Positions 1 to 13,576 of a DNA stretch of 64,000 nucleotides are shown in pieces. The stretch is taken from the NCBI GenBank assembly GCA_964016885.1, contig OZ024740.1, positions 51,088,001 to 51,152,000 of the forward strand, in the 5' to 3' direction. The translations under genes were made by a program, and so were the position numbers. The notes beneath the pieces were generated by a model that had not been told where the DNA came from, searched no databases, and saw only the letters and a list, made by a program, of their open reading frames with translations. Source of the stretch: Eledone cirrhosa (Eukaryota). Position 1 is the first letter of the stretch; each line of letters begins with the position of its first letter.

Positions 1-442
1 AGATCAATAGTAATAGTTTGAAACTGGAGTGAAAATAAAAGGTATGATTTGAAATTACAGTGTAAGGAATATATAATATGACAATGTTGATAACAGATAG
101 CAATAAAAAAAACAATTAGAGTAGACTTTGTTTTAAAAGAAACTTTTTAAAAAACTGTAATGGTTTCCTTCATCAGAGAAATTGTCTGCCACAATACTGG
201 CAAAGTTCTCTGCTTGCTCTAGTTACAATCAAATGAACATTTGTGCAGTAGCATTTTCTTGTATAATCATATATTTATTTATGTAGTTACTTTCAGTAAG
301 CATTTGAAACACACACACACTTATTTACATATAGTCACATGCACACATCATCACTATCATTGTTTAACATCTATCTTCCACGCTAGCATGGGTTAGACAG
401 GCACAATAATATATATCCCTAACCAATGCATATGCACACAAC

Positions 443-590
<148 letters not shown>

Positions 591-1269
591 TAATGACCAA
601 AGAATGGCATTGTAATTTCCACTTTCTTTAGGCAGTTGCAATGCTGAAAATACAAACATTTCTTGAAACAGATAAAAAAATGTTACCAAAATTTTAACCC
701 TCAGTAACAATATTACCACTAAAATAGAAAAATAATAAAATAACAATAAATGATAATTAATTAGAATAAGCAATTGAGAAAATGATTCAATAACAAATAA
801 AAAATTTACATGACTGAAATAAGTAAAAAAACAATAAAAGAATATAACAGTCAAAAAAGCATGTTGGAACATTTGGTAAACATCTAAGCTGTGATTGAAA
901 AAAGCAAAACTGACTGGAAGTTCAATAGTCAAACAGCATTAATTGATTAAACATCAGTGGAATTATTTTGGTTGTTAATGGTAATGTAAAAAAATTAACA
1001 ATCATTATAATAATGTTTCATTGTTTGTCTTTAGGATAAATATAAACAAATATTTTGATTGTTATTAGTAAGAATATTCTACAATCAATATAACAATGTT
1101 TCAGTTGTTGGTCTTGTGATTGTTTATCCCTTTAGCATTTAAACCGACCATATCCATCCAGAATTATGTAAGTAAAGACTTTATGATGAAAATATAATAA
1201 TATATATAGAGTAATGTAAATGTTAAAGGGATAATTTCAACATAATTAATTTGATTGTTTTACCCCACC

Positions 1270-1495
1270 CCCGGCTACCAACAGCTCATGTCCTCCACCA
1301 TTAATCAATTTATCTCTTCCTCTCTCTTAACACCAACTGCAACTAATCTTATAGCACATATCCCTCATACTCCCACCATCTACTTCTTCCCCAAGATATA
1401 CAAGTCCGATAATCCTGGCCACCCTATCATTTCAGCCTGTAACTGCCCTGCTGAAATTATCTCCCAATATCTTGATACCCTACTCGCACCCCCAA
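1270..1495 (+). mobile_element. Penelope-like element RT fragment
   Basis: PHTPTIYFFPKIYKSDNPGHPIISACNCPAEIISQYLDTLLAP matches the PLE RT motif Y-x-LPK(I)HK...PGRPI(V)S...P...IS.YLD..L.P. Confidence 0.75.
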
Positions 1496-2112
1496 AGTAT
1501 AACCATGTATTATTGTTCATTTTAACACTAACCATGTATGTATTATTGCTGGTTTTAACATTAAATATCAACATAATTATTTTGATTGCTAACAGTAAAA
1601 CAATTTAATAATCAATATAGCCATGCTTCATTGCTGCTTTTAAGGTAAAATAACAAAATTATTTTGATTGTTAATGGTACAAAAAGAAATTCACAACAAT
1701 CAAAGTATGTATGATTGCTGGCTTGGAGATTAGAACATCAACATAATCTATATTGCTTGTTAATTGTAAAACAATATAAATATGATTATGTTGATATACT
1801 AATAGTTTAATGAAACCAACATAAATACAATGCATTTTTTTCTGATAAAACAAAAAATATAATAACAAAATAAAATAAAAAATAAATTAGCAATCAGAGT
1901 GTAGCTATGTTGATTACCATATATACACATATATTCTTAGAAAATTTCAAATGCAGAAAATAACTTTTTCCATCTACAGGGATATTTTACCTGCTTTTCT
2001 AAGTTACTATTTCTAGCAATCAACTGTTTTTACAGTTATTTTCTGCATTTGAGATTTACTATATTTTCTAATAATTTCAATCCACTTAACACTCTGATGG
2101 TTTATTTACAGA

Positions 2113-2148
<36 letters not shown>

Positions 2149-2161
2149 TTAATATAGATGA

Positions 2162-2210
2162 GATTCTACAGGACTAGAACTGTTTCATTCATTTGAAATC
2201 ATCAGGAATC
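2162..2210 (-). ncRNA. type I hammerhead ribozyme motif (family A, mirror copy)
   Basis: Exact reverse complement of 2214-2262 within a perfect palindrome centred on 2212. Confidence 0.78.
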
Positions 2211-2213
2211 ACT

Positions 2214-2262
2214 GATTCCTGATGATTTCAAATGAATGAAACAGTTCTAGTCCTGTAGAATC
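2214..2262 (+). ncRNA. type I hammerhead ribozyme motif (family A)
   Basis: GATTC-CTGATGA-tTTC.aaat.GAAt-GAA-ACAG.ttctagtc.CTGT-A-GAATC: complete core, 5-bp stem I, 3-bp stem II with U-U closure, 4-bp stem III, GUA cleavage triplet (cut predicted after 2257). Confidence 0.8.
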
Positions 2263-2345
2263 TCATCTATATTAAAACTGTTATACTCTGCTATGTATTG
2301 AGTACCTTACTTACTGTGGTTACCTCCGATTCAACCCGGAATAAC

Positions 2346-2416
<71 letters not shown>

Positions 2417-3333
2417 TACTTTGGGAGGGTCATGCTGCCAATAAACACACACAAACCTTATTGGCTGCATGACCCTACCAAAGTATAACAATATAACAAT
2501 ATCTGTTTCAACACATGTTTTCAGATAAGAAATCTTGCAGAACAAATTCAAAAACGAAGTATATATATTAAACAATACTGCAATTAAACAATTAAAATAA
2601 AGAAGAAAAACACTGAAATATCAACAATAATGTTATTAAAGCATCTCAGCTTCTTCACTCCTTCACAAGGAGAGAATCAACAATATTGAAAATATTCAAA
2701 CATTGTCATTCAGAGTTGAAATATCAATGAGGCCATATCAAAGTAAATTCAGAATCTACCTCCTATCCATGTTTCTTTTATTATGATCACATTGTCCCAT
2801 TCAATTGAAAAACACACATTAATTATAGTACATAGAGGATATTTTAACCTGTTCATCACCATATTTCTAATGAAATACTCTCCCCAATATGTTTCAATTT
2901 TGAAAATAATCAAATATTTGGAGGAATTTAATAAACTTAGTTTTTCATTAGTAAGATGACATTTAGAACATTGCTAAATAAAAATGTCTAAAATAAAATT
3001 ATGATGGAAGATTTTAGAAGTATAAACATTTTAAAATGAACAGTTTTATATCATAGAATGAGAGGCAGTTTTAGACAGTTTGGTACCAAAGGAGTTAATG
3101 GGGTATTTTTTTTTTTTTGTCTTTTGTTGACAAGGTGACATAAAATGAAGCTAATTAATTTTTGGAGGTGATGAAAAAATGGGGGGAGGGGGTCAAGCAC
3201 TATTTATATTCATTTTACTATCTTTTTTAATTATTGCTATCATCATCATTTCCATCATCATTAGTACTATGATTATTATCATCAACCTCTTTATGATCAT
3301 TAACTTCACAATTATCATCATCAACATCTCTCT

Positions 3334-3720
3334 CTAGACACTAACTCTGCCAGTTGCAGACTGCGCAACATGAGATATTTTTCTCCACAAAGTTTGATCA
3401 CCAACAGCAGAGTTTAAAGAGCAAAGGTCAAGTCCAGTCCATAAGTTGACATTATCAAGCCATCGTTTTGGCTGCCAACCTCTGCTTCTCTTACCAACCA
3501 ACTTTCCTTCTAGGCATAACTTACTTACACCACGAGTTGATCTTTTATTATGACCATACAGTTTAAGCACTCTTGACCTGACAACTGATGTGATTGGTCT
3601 AAACCTGCTGATGTTGAGCAGCTCACTGATACAGATACGGTTGCTGAGCTGCTTGCCTATCATAAGTCTCATGATGTGGTTCTGGAATGTAGAGAGCTTC
3701 TGAATTTATTGTTGTCAGAG
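3334..3720 (-). mobile_element. RTE-clade LINE 3' end fragment
   Basis: LKLYGH...LEGKLVGKRSRGWQPKRWLDNV resembles the RTE C-terminus; a related piece lies at 27033-27190. Confidence 0.7.
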
Positions 3721-4408
3721 TTATCATCATCATCAACATGTTTACTGTTAACATTATTATCATCATAACCATGAAGGAAAGGAACCGATCATTAGGTCAG
3801 ACTAAAGAATCAATGTTTTCATTGTTTTTTCAATTACTGATACTATATCAGTCACAACTCCTGGTAGAAAGGTGTGGGATTTGAACTCAGAATGCACAGA
3901 GCCAGAGCAGATACCACAAAACACCCTGTCTAATTCTTTAACAATTCCACCAATCCAACACCCCTGGACTGGTATTTTGTTTATTCACTACAACAAGGGT
4001 GTAAGCATATTTGACCCTGGCAGAAACTGAACTCAGAGAAAAAATACAGAGACAGTTTATCTGATTTCACAACCTGAACTCATAAAGGCAGATCCTTATA
4101 TAATGTAACATGACAGGGCTCACATGTATTAAGTAGTGAATCAAATGGTGGTTGTGGTGATGATGATGATGATGTAGCATCTGCCTTCAATGTGACTCTT
4201 TTACACAAGAGGTAGATTAAGAGATATGATATGACCTCACAGAAGTTATAGAATTCAATAAAACATTATAAGCAAGGTTCTTTCACTGCCATAGATATGT
4301 TTCACTTTGTTACCTTTTTTTTAAAATATCTTTTCCATTTAAAATAGCAAAAAGATTTATACACAATATATAAGAATCATACATGATTTACAATTATATA
4401 TATATGTA

Positions 4409-4459
<51 letters not shown>

Positions 4460-7007
4460 CATACAACACTGACACATATATACATCACAATCATTTAATG
4501 AGCGTCTATGAAGATATATGAATAAATAAATGAATGTACCAACACATATATACGTTTACATATACAAGCAATGATGTCTGTATTTAGAAACAAAGACACA
4601 CATGAATACATACAAAAATACGTGATAATCAATATTGGTATATCTCATAAGTCTTATGTTATAGAAATAGTCCTTGTTCTATCCAGGAAAGTGTATTTTA
4701 TTCACTAAATTTTCACCACCCACATTTAATTTTAATTCTTTATCTTTGTTAGATTCCTTTGGTTTTTGTTTATTTATTTTGTTTTGTGCATGTGTAGGAC
4801 ACTTCTTCAACTGATGGAAGAAGTCACATATGAGTATGTTTTTCACTATTTTTCACTATATAAGTGTGGAGCCAGTGAGAAGACATAACCCTTTACTTAA
4901 CCTGATAAACATACAAACCCACCCATCACCAAACTTCATGTTATCTTTAAAATGTGGACCTCCCATGTTTCAAATCTTAAGAAAGAATTTACTGCAATAA
5001 AAGCATGATGGCTATAGTTAGAATACTGAAATTTCAACCTATTTAACTTAACCAGGCCTACAATAACTAACTCTCTGGGGTGCTTGGTATATGGATTGCA
5101 CTTGAATATATGATTGTTATCTTTTGCTCTGGCAGCAGTTTGTTTGTCCACCTCTTTCGCCTGCCTTTTGCTTTATGTGGTCCTAGATGTGTGTATTACT
5201 TGTTTGTGTATGTTTTTGTTTCCTTTCTCTTTTCTTTCTTTTTTTCCCTTTTTATTTGTTGACCGTTACGCCATAACAAATTTTAAAAGTTAGATGAAAA
5301 AAACGGAAAAGTTTATTAAGCAACCTAAATTGCTTGAAAATACTCTGTTGTATCATTGGAAGTAATAAAAATGTTTAATAGAAAATTAAAATATAAAAAT
5401 TATTGTATATATGATTGGTTATTTCAATACCTTCAGTTCTGTCTAATCACACAAAACTGAAAATGCTATTCAACATTATCATCAACAACACCAAAATCGC
5501 ACCAATTGGAACATGTTGATGTGGGACATGTTGATGTGAGACAACAAATCTTGTTTGAAGTATAAAATCATTTCAAAGAGACAGATGGCATCTCTCACTT
5601 TCATTTTCTTCTTTGCATTCATGCAAAGAAAAATTTAAATTATTTCTTCTCCATGACTAGCACGAAAGGAAAACCTGACATTATTACGGTGGATTGGCAG
5701 TATCGGTAGAGAGGCGGACGCCATGCTTTCCAGCATAGTTACGTCCCTTTACGATCTTAGTTCAAATCCCGCCAAGGTAAAATTATGTGTAAAATGTTTT
5801 GGTGTAAAGATAACCGATTGCGTTATTCGTTATAATTGTTTTTACATTTGGCACAAGGCCAGCAATTTGAAGGGAAGGAGAAAGTCAATTAAATCAATCC
5901 CAGTCTGGTACTTTATTCTATCGACCCTGTAAGATTGAAAGGCAAAGCTAACCTTGGCAGGATTTGCAATCAGAACACATAGGGCTGTAACTATATGCCA
6001 CAAAACATGTTGTCTGACACTCTACTAATACTGCCAATCCACAGCCTACTTCCTTATTCATAATAATAAAAGACTACAATGACTATTTACTCTTATTTTG
6101 AGGAAATTTCCTTATAAAAAACAACAAAAACAAATTGGAGACATTACAAGAATTATACAAGAAACAAAACAACAAATTTCTCAGTGGCACATGTCTGGCA
6201 AGGGACTTGATCTAAGACAGTGTGTTAAATCTAAAACAATGTGAGGTAGAGTCATTTTAGCCATTTAAAACCACCCAAAAACTGTTAGCTTTATATATAT
6301 CATTTATTTTCTAGTGACAAAGATTTTGTCAGACTGCATGCAACTTGGATGGTGACACATTTCTACTGATTGAGAATTTTGACACTAGAAAATAAATTAT
6401 GCATAAAGTAAACAGTTTTGTTTTCCTCCTTCTTCTTCTTCTTCTTTGCCCACTCATTCCTGAGAGGGTCATGGGAACAGAGTCCTCAAATACTCCTTCT
6501 AGCTGGTCATGTCAGAAGCAACTGTCTCCAACTATTTTTTTTTTTTTGTATTTTTAAATAGCTAAAATGACCCTTCCACGTAGTAAAACTATAAATGAAA
6601 CTTACAAGTAAGACTATATATGTGCATACCTTTGTTTTTGTGAATGCATGCATGTTTGTGTGTGTGTGTGTGTGTGTGTGGCTACATACAATGGAATGTA
6701 CAAGTGTACAATGAAACAAAGACAGAAGTATTTACTGAGTATTCAAAACAATGGTATCACATTTAGAATTGTATTCTCTCCCTCATCATAAAACAAGTTA
6801 GAACATGAGTATATCTGGGTACATAAAACAATTTGACCAATACATTAATCAAAAGCAGTATTTAAATTGAAAAGCTTTGATAAACCTAAATGACTTAATG
6901 ACAAAGAAGCATACTGTAGGTATTTTATATATGATCATCATCATTTAAAAAGTGTTTTATATATATAGACATACACACATGGATGTATATGTATATATAT
7001 ATATATG

Positions 7008-7050
<43 letters not shown>

Positions 7051-7478
7051 TCTGAAGTGTGAGCAGACGTGTGAAGTACTGAACCCAGCATGACTCCATT
7101 GAAATGTGTCGGACAGAAAATGGTTGATGAACCGTGTGGCAGCAGATACTGACCAGAACTTGTGATGACATGGAGTAAAAACAGCCAATGGCATGAGTGG
7201 AAATAGGGTTTTTTGAGGGTGTTTTTGATGATAACACCCAGTGATAAAATTTGCTCCGGACGAAACACCCGTGTCTGAAAGAACCCGCAGAAGTAGAATC
7301 AGCCAGATCCATGTCTCGAGCTACCTGCCGGCGAAACATTTGTAACACGAAATAAACTAAGTCCAGATGCATCACTGATTTTTCGTTTTCTTTATAATAT
7401 CTACACTCTACTCTGGTGAATATCGAGTGCTAATTTTGGCATACCGCCTATGGAAGCACCATAGCTACCACTATACAC

Positions 7479-7521
<43 letters not shown>

Positions 7522-7544
7522 CATACATATATATATATATATGT

Positions 7545-7760
7545 TGGTTCCCAAATTGCGTTGAAGGTAACCATAGTTTAAAAAGGTACTCAATACGTAA
7601 GGTAGAATATAGGCATCTTTATTATACATAGAAATGACTTCTACGGGACTAGAATTGTTTCATTCATATGAAATCATCTGCACATTCCTGATGATTTCAT
7701 ATGAATGAAACTGTTCTTGTCCTGTAAAAGTCATTTCTATATATATTAAAGATACATATA
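7545..7760 (-). mobile_element. family A hammerhead element, decayed palindromic copy
   Basis: Imperfect palindrome centred near 7683. Plus arm CTGATGA(7688-7694)tttcatatgaatGAAACtgttcttgtcCTGTA; minus-arm core mutated to CAGATGA. Flanked by (TA)n. Confidence 0.65.
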
Positions 7761-9304
7761 TATATATATACATATATACAATACACACTTCCACACATGT
7801 ATAAATACACAAATATATATACTGTGGCATGAATTTTCATTAAAAGCATTCTCATTGACTAAATTATTTTTATTGAATAACTTTTATTGAAATGACATCT
7901 TATCAAATTACTTTTCATTGGATATTTCATCAAAACTACATAAAATAATTATGTAAACATTATTTTGTAGAATAATTTTAATCACAGAACTTTTAATATA
8001 AAATATCAATAAGATTAAAGTTGAAATTAAAAGTCTGACGCAAGCATGGAGACATTTCAAGGCCAGTGTTTATTCTAGTTTCAGTAGCCTTAACCCTTTA
8101 GCATTTAAACTGGCCATATCATCATCATCATCATCATTTTACGTCTGATTTTCCCTGCTTGCAAGGGTATCTAGCCAGAATTCTCTCACTTCAAACCAGC
8201 TGTACCTGGCCACTCATAATGATGTTCTCAAAATAAATAGTATCAAAATCTCATAGATTCGATATTATGTGAGATAATTATGAGAGATAAAGCCTTTACT
8301 GCATACAGTAATAAATATAGAGTAATGCAAATGCTAAAGGGATAAGTGACCAAGAGTACAAACTCTCCTACCCACTGGACAAGACACTACTCTTGGTGAG
8401 CATTTTCAGCTGAGTGGACTAGATCAACGAGAAATGATGTGTTTTGCTCAAGAACACAACATGCCACTTGATCCAAGAATCGAACCTACAACATTACAAC
8501 TGTAAGTTTTACACCCTAACCACTAACCTTCACAAAAATAGAATTACCATCGAAAAATTAATTTTTGAAAACTAGTAACAGTACTTTAAAAATGTCTTAT
8601 TTGTATCAGCTTCATAAATGAAGTGACAGTTAAGGTAGAGGATACAAATACTGTTATATAAATACAACCAGTATAGCTGAGGTACATAAGTATGTGTCCG
8701 TGAAATATATACATATACATCAGGTCCAAACACAAAAGAACCAAACTCCCACTGTCACTGCCTCCATCTCTCCCACTCTCACCATCTCTCACTATTATGA
8801 GCAAATTGGGGCCCATGCACTGGCCACCCCGTGGCCCCGGTGGACAGAATAGAGATGGTGTTTACCCTGGTGGACAAGATAGTGAAAGCATTATTTTGGA
8901 GGATGGGGAAGAGGATGCACTGGAAGAGCCATGCAGGGTTCATTCTTGCAGAAGACCATCTCAATCCTAGTCATAGTGTGTAGGGAGGTGATTCAAGGAC
9001 CCAGAATGCCAGATGTTTCTGCCACCTTTTGTTCAACAAGAAACATATCAGTAAGCATCTAGTACTTTTTCAGCTTGCAACCATTAATTTGTTGGCCGAA
9101 AAAAACCTGGGCCTCACACCAAATATACCAGGTTGCCATGAGAGAGAAAAAAAGTATTACTGCAGGTTATATTCCAGATTAGCAGTTTACCACTTCCTAA
9201 TGGGAAGACTGTGATGTCATTTTGTCAGATAATTAATTATTGAATTATTAACAGCATAATATCCAGTAGTGGATCATCAAACAATAACAATTTACATGAA
9301 TGTT

Positions 9305-12272
9305 GATGAAAATTGTTTTACAAAATCTTCCACGCTTGCATGGGTTTGGATGGGAGTTTTCCCACTTGAGGCAAAATTGGTTGTCTTGCTCGTGTAGGAC
9401 TGTCTGGCGGGTTTTCTACGGCTGGATGCCCTTCCTAACACCAACCACGTTTAGTGTGGACTGGGTGTTTTTTACCGTGTTACTTGCACGGCCACATTAC
9501 AGCGTGGACTGTGTGTTTTTTTTTCGTGACACCTACACGACCTCATATATTTCGAACGGGATGTTGTGGTACCAACATAACTTTACATCGAAAGGGGTGG
9601 TGTGGATGGGGTGGGGTGGGTGGGACGGGGGTGTATTTTTGTTAGAGGTGCCTACTGAGTGTAGGTTTCGCTTTGTACTTAGGCAAGGCGGGTCTTCTGT
9701 ATTACTGTGTAGCGCCAATGATCTCGGTCCAGTGACATTGTCTTGGAGAGGTGTAAGTGTGTGAGGTCGGAATTTATCAAGTCGTCCCAGGTTTTTCTGG
9801 GTCTGCCTACTCCATGGCTACCGTCTATTTTTATCGCCCTGCACTTTTTTATACAGCTGTCGTCTTTCATGCGCATCACGTGACCATACCAACGTAGTCT
9901 TCTCTCGAGTAAACAACATCTGATTCCTCTTATTCCTAATTTCTCCCTTAGTTCATTTATGCTTTGCCGTTCACGTATATTACTATTACACATCCAACAG
10001 AGCATGCAAGCTTCGTTCCTCTCCAGTCTGCGTATATCCTCTGCACACAATGCCCAAGTCTCACTGCCATGTAACATTGCTGTTCGTATGCAGGCATCGT
10101 ACAGCCTGCCTTTCATTTTTAGAGAGAACCCTTTAGCGGCTAAGTGGTATAAGCTCTCTGAACTTTTTCCATCCAGTTCTGACTCTAGCTACTGTACTTT
10201 CAGAGTACCCTCCCCCACTGCTGATTTTGTCACCCAGGTAACGGAAGGTGTCCACTATTTCTATAGAACCATCTGTGCAATGGAATGAGCTAGTATTCTG
10301 TGGGCACTTGCTGCTACTTATTGCACCTGAGCACCGGCCACATATAAAATCTATATTCTTAGTTAGCTTACCTGTGATACCACTACATCTTTTATGCACC
10401 CATACTTTGAATTTGAGACATAAAATGGAGTTTCTGCGTACTCCTTTCCTACACACTGAACATGGCCATTTCCCAGATGGGATCAGTGCCCTATTTTCCT
10501 TCCTACAAACTAGAACTTTAGTCTTAGACAAGTTAATTTTAAGGCCTTTTGATTCTAGGCCATGCTTCCATGTTTGGAATTTCTTCTCTAGTTCAGCCAT
10601 TGATTTAGCTATGAGCGTTAGATCATCTGCGTATAGAAGTTCCCATGGGCAGCCGGTCTTGAACTCCTCTGTAATAGCCTGAAGGGCAATAATAAATAGT
10701 AAGGGGCTAAGGATGGAGCCCTGATGAACACCAACTTTTACGCTAAACTCTTCACTATATTCGTTGTTAATTCTAACCTTGCTGACTGTTTCTTTATACA
10801 TGGCTTGTATAGCTCTCACAAGCCATTCATCAACACCTAGTTTTCTAAGGTCCCACCAGATAATCGAGTGGGGTACTCTGTCAAAGGCTTTCTCCAAGTT
10901 AACAAAAGCTAAGTATAGGGGTTTACTTTTAGCTAGGTACTTCTCCTGTAGTTGTCATACAATGAAAAGAGCGTCTGTTGTACTTTTGCCTGACACAAAC
11001 CCGAACTGCATTTCATCTAGATCAATTCGCTCTCTGATTAGTTGCGCTATTACTTTTTCTGTGACCTTCATGACCTGGTCAATTAATTTAATGCCTCTAT
11101 AGTTTCCCCTATCTAGGGCATCTCCTTTACCCTTGTAGCAGTTAATGATGATGCTGCTGCACCAGTCCTTCGGAACGACCCCATTCTGTATGACTTGGTT
11201 TACTATCCGGGTGACCATGGTGTGTCCCACCGTTCCAGATGCTTTCAACATTTCAGCAACTATTTCCGAAGGCCCAGCCGCCTTGCCTGTCTTCATGTCT
11301 TTGATCGCCTTACTTATTATACTACCTTCAACTTGCACTGCTGGTCTCTCTATTGGGTCGAAGTAGGGGAGACTGTCTTTCTCCCAATTATTCTCTTCAT
11401 TTAGTAGCCTTTCGTAGTGACACTTCCAAGCTACCTTCTTATCAGCGTCAATGATGGCAAGTATACCATCATCATTAAGGACACACTTCTCCCCGACAAT
11501 ATCATGGTTTTCCTTGACACATTGCCTAGCAATCCTGAACACCTCACATTTTTGGTCCTCGCGTTGTAGAACATTCTTGAACTTTCTTTCCTCTGCTTCC
11601 CTTCTTGTGAAGTACACTTGTCTCCTAGCTTCCCTCCTGGCCACTTGATAGTCTTCTCTACTTCTCCCATCCCGCCATACTTTCCAAGCCTGCTTTTTGG
11701 CCTTGATCGACTCTTCCACCTTACTGTTCCACCACCAAGTTACTCTCCTCCTGCCTATAGGTCTGCTCCAGCCACAGATTTTATCTGTCGCCTTCAGCAG
11801 GTTAGCTTTCAGGAATTCCCACTGTTCCTCTATATTGTACGACTCTAATTGCTCTTCCTTACTGTCAAAAGCATCAAGTAATATGCTTTTAAATTTATTA
11901 CTGGCTGTGGGGTCCTTTAGCTTCCATATTTTTCTCCTGAGGATAGTCCTCCTCTGTTGTCGAGTATGTCTCGTCCTGACTATGAGGTCGCTAACTATGA
12001 GTCTATGTTGGGAGGTGCATTCTTCATGGGGGAGGGATTTAGTGTTTACAACAGACACTCTGTCACGTCTTCTGGTAAGGATATAATCTATCTGACTGGC
12101 GTGTTCCCCTGATCTATAGGTGATCAAGTGATTGTCTCGTTTTTTGAAGTTAGTGTTACAGATAGTTAGATTATTTGCATCACAGAATTCCAGGATTCTG
12201 GATCCTTCTTCATTTCTAGTACCAAACCCATAGCCTCCATGGATTCCATCATAGCTGTCACGGTGTTGTCCA
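9305..12272 (-). mobile_element. RTE-clade LINE, 5'-truncated, frameshifted
   Basis: End of APE endonuclease (TYRSG...SQIDYIL), RT (NYRGIKL, EMQFGF, KAFDRV, GVHQGSILSP, LLYADDL), Cys/His-rich insert, C-terminal RLRWYGHV...GRPRKTW, and family 3' tail. Confidence 0.95.
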
Positions 12273-12423
12273 ACATATATATACATATATATACATATAT
12301 ACATACACACATATATATACATACACACATATATACATACACACAAATACATACACACACACACATATATACACACACACACACATACACACACATACAC
12401 ACATATATATATATATATATATA

Positions 12424-13310
12424 CAGGGAGCGGACAATATTTGTTTGCAATTTTCAACTGCTAATTTTATGCAAACTTTTTTTACTTCCGTTGTCACTCT
12501 TGTTTTCATAAAAACAGTGACTATATTTCCATTATTTATTTTCAGAATAATTGATTATGAATAATTTTGAACCTCCAAATTTGTGGAAGAGACACGGAGT
12601 TCTTCTTGGAATCCGCGCCGGGAGGACAAATAAGACCAGAAGATCAACTCCCAGAACAATAGGTGGCTCGCTGTCTCATCCAAAGACGTGCCCAGAGTCA
12701 TGCAGACAAAGTTTCCAGCGACAACATTGGTCTTAGGTGTCGTCAGTAGTCAAGGTGACGTCATGCCACCTCACTTCTTCCCTGAGGGCCTCAAGCTGAA
12801 CACCGATGGCTACATCCACATTCTGAGCGAGGTAGTAAAGCCCTGGATCGACCAGGTAGCTGCAGGTAGGCCGTACGTGTGGCAGCAAGACTCAGCGCCC
12901 TGCCATACCAGCCGAAAGACCCAAGCCTGGCTGTCAGAGAACTTCGTCGACCACACTTCACCTGACATCTGGCCTCCCAGCTCGCCTGACTGCAACCCCC
13001 TCCACTTCTTTGTGTGGGGCGTAGTGTAAAGAGACACCAACAGATCTAGCTGCAATACGAAAGACGATCTGAAGGCCAGGATCACAAGTGCCTTTAGGGG
13101 CCTAAGTCGGGGGACAGTGACGAAGGCCTGTAGCCGGTTCCGAGGCTGACTTGAGACCGTCATCAAAGCCAATGGCGAGTTTATCGAGTGATATCGAAAG
13201 AACAAGTCATGAAGACAAACTGACACAAGTTTGATAAATATATCTTAAAAAATAAAACTACTGTTACTTTTTCCTAGACAGTAATCTTGCGAACAAATAT
13301 CATCCACACC

Positions 13311-13313
<3 letters not shown>
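12424..13313 (+). mobile_element. Tc1/mariner DD37D (maT-type) DNA transposon, internally deleted
   Basis: TIRs cagggagcggacaatatttgtttgcaa / ttgcgaacaaatatcatccacaccctg inside (TA)n. Transposase WQQDSAPCH...WPPSSPDCNPLHFFVWG has 37 residues between the second D and the third position (here H); in-frame stops present. Confidence 0.9.
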
Positions 13314-13351
<38 letters not shown>

Positions 13352-13544
13352 TATATATATATATATACACAGACATATATGCATATATATATATATACAA
13401 TAAATGTAATGAAAATTTGACGCCTCATCCATATTATCATTATTATTATATACACATATATATATAAAGGTATGCGCACACATACATAGATATTATATAT
13501 ATTACATTAAATTAAATGTCATTTATTACAGATGGCCAAATGTT

Positions 13545-13576
13545 TCATTCTGTAAGAGGATTTTCAAAAGAATCAG
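13545..13576 (-). CDS. candidate terminal exon B of PDLIM-family gene
   Basis: Strong acceptor cccttctcttcttcaacag; a phase-1 join reads TDSFENPLTE-TGA; AATAAA at 13522-13527 (minus) just downstream. Confidence 0.4.

Larger units (their letters stand above)
2145..2346 (+). mobile_element. short Penelope-like pLTR-type element with inverted 5' duplication, between (TA)n tracts
   Basis: 67-bp perfect inverted arms (2145-2211/2213-2279) plus a tail (tatactct...gtattgagtacctt...) shared with 7545-7760, 34805-34985 and 36928-37060. Confidence 0.65.

Noticed and set aside
169-175. CTGATGA on the minus strand as a hammerhead core
   Set aside because: No stem II or stem III can be formed.
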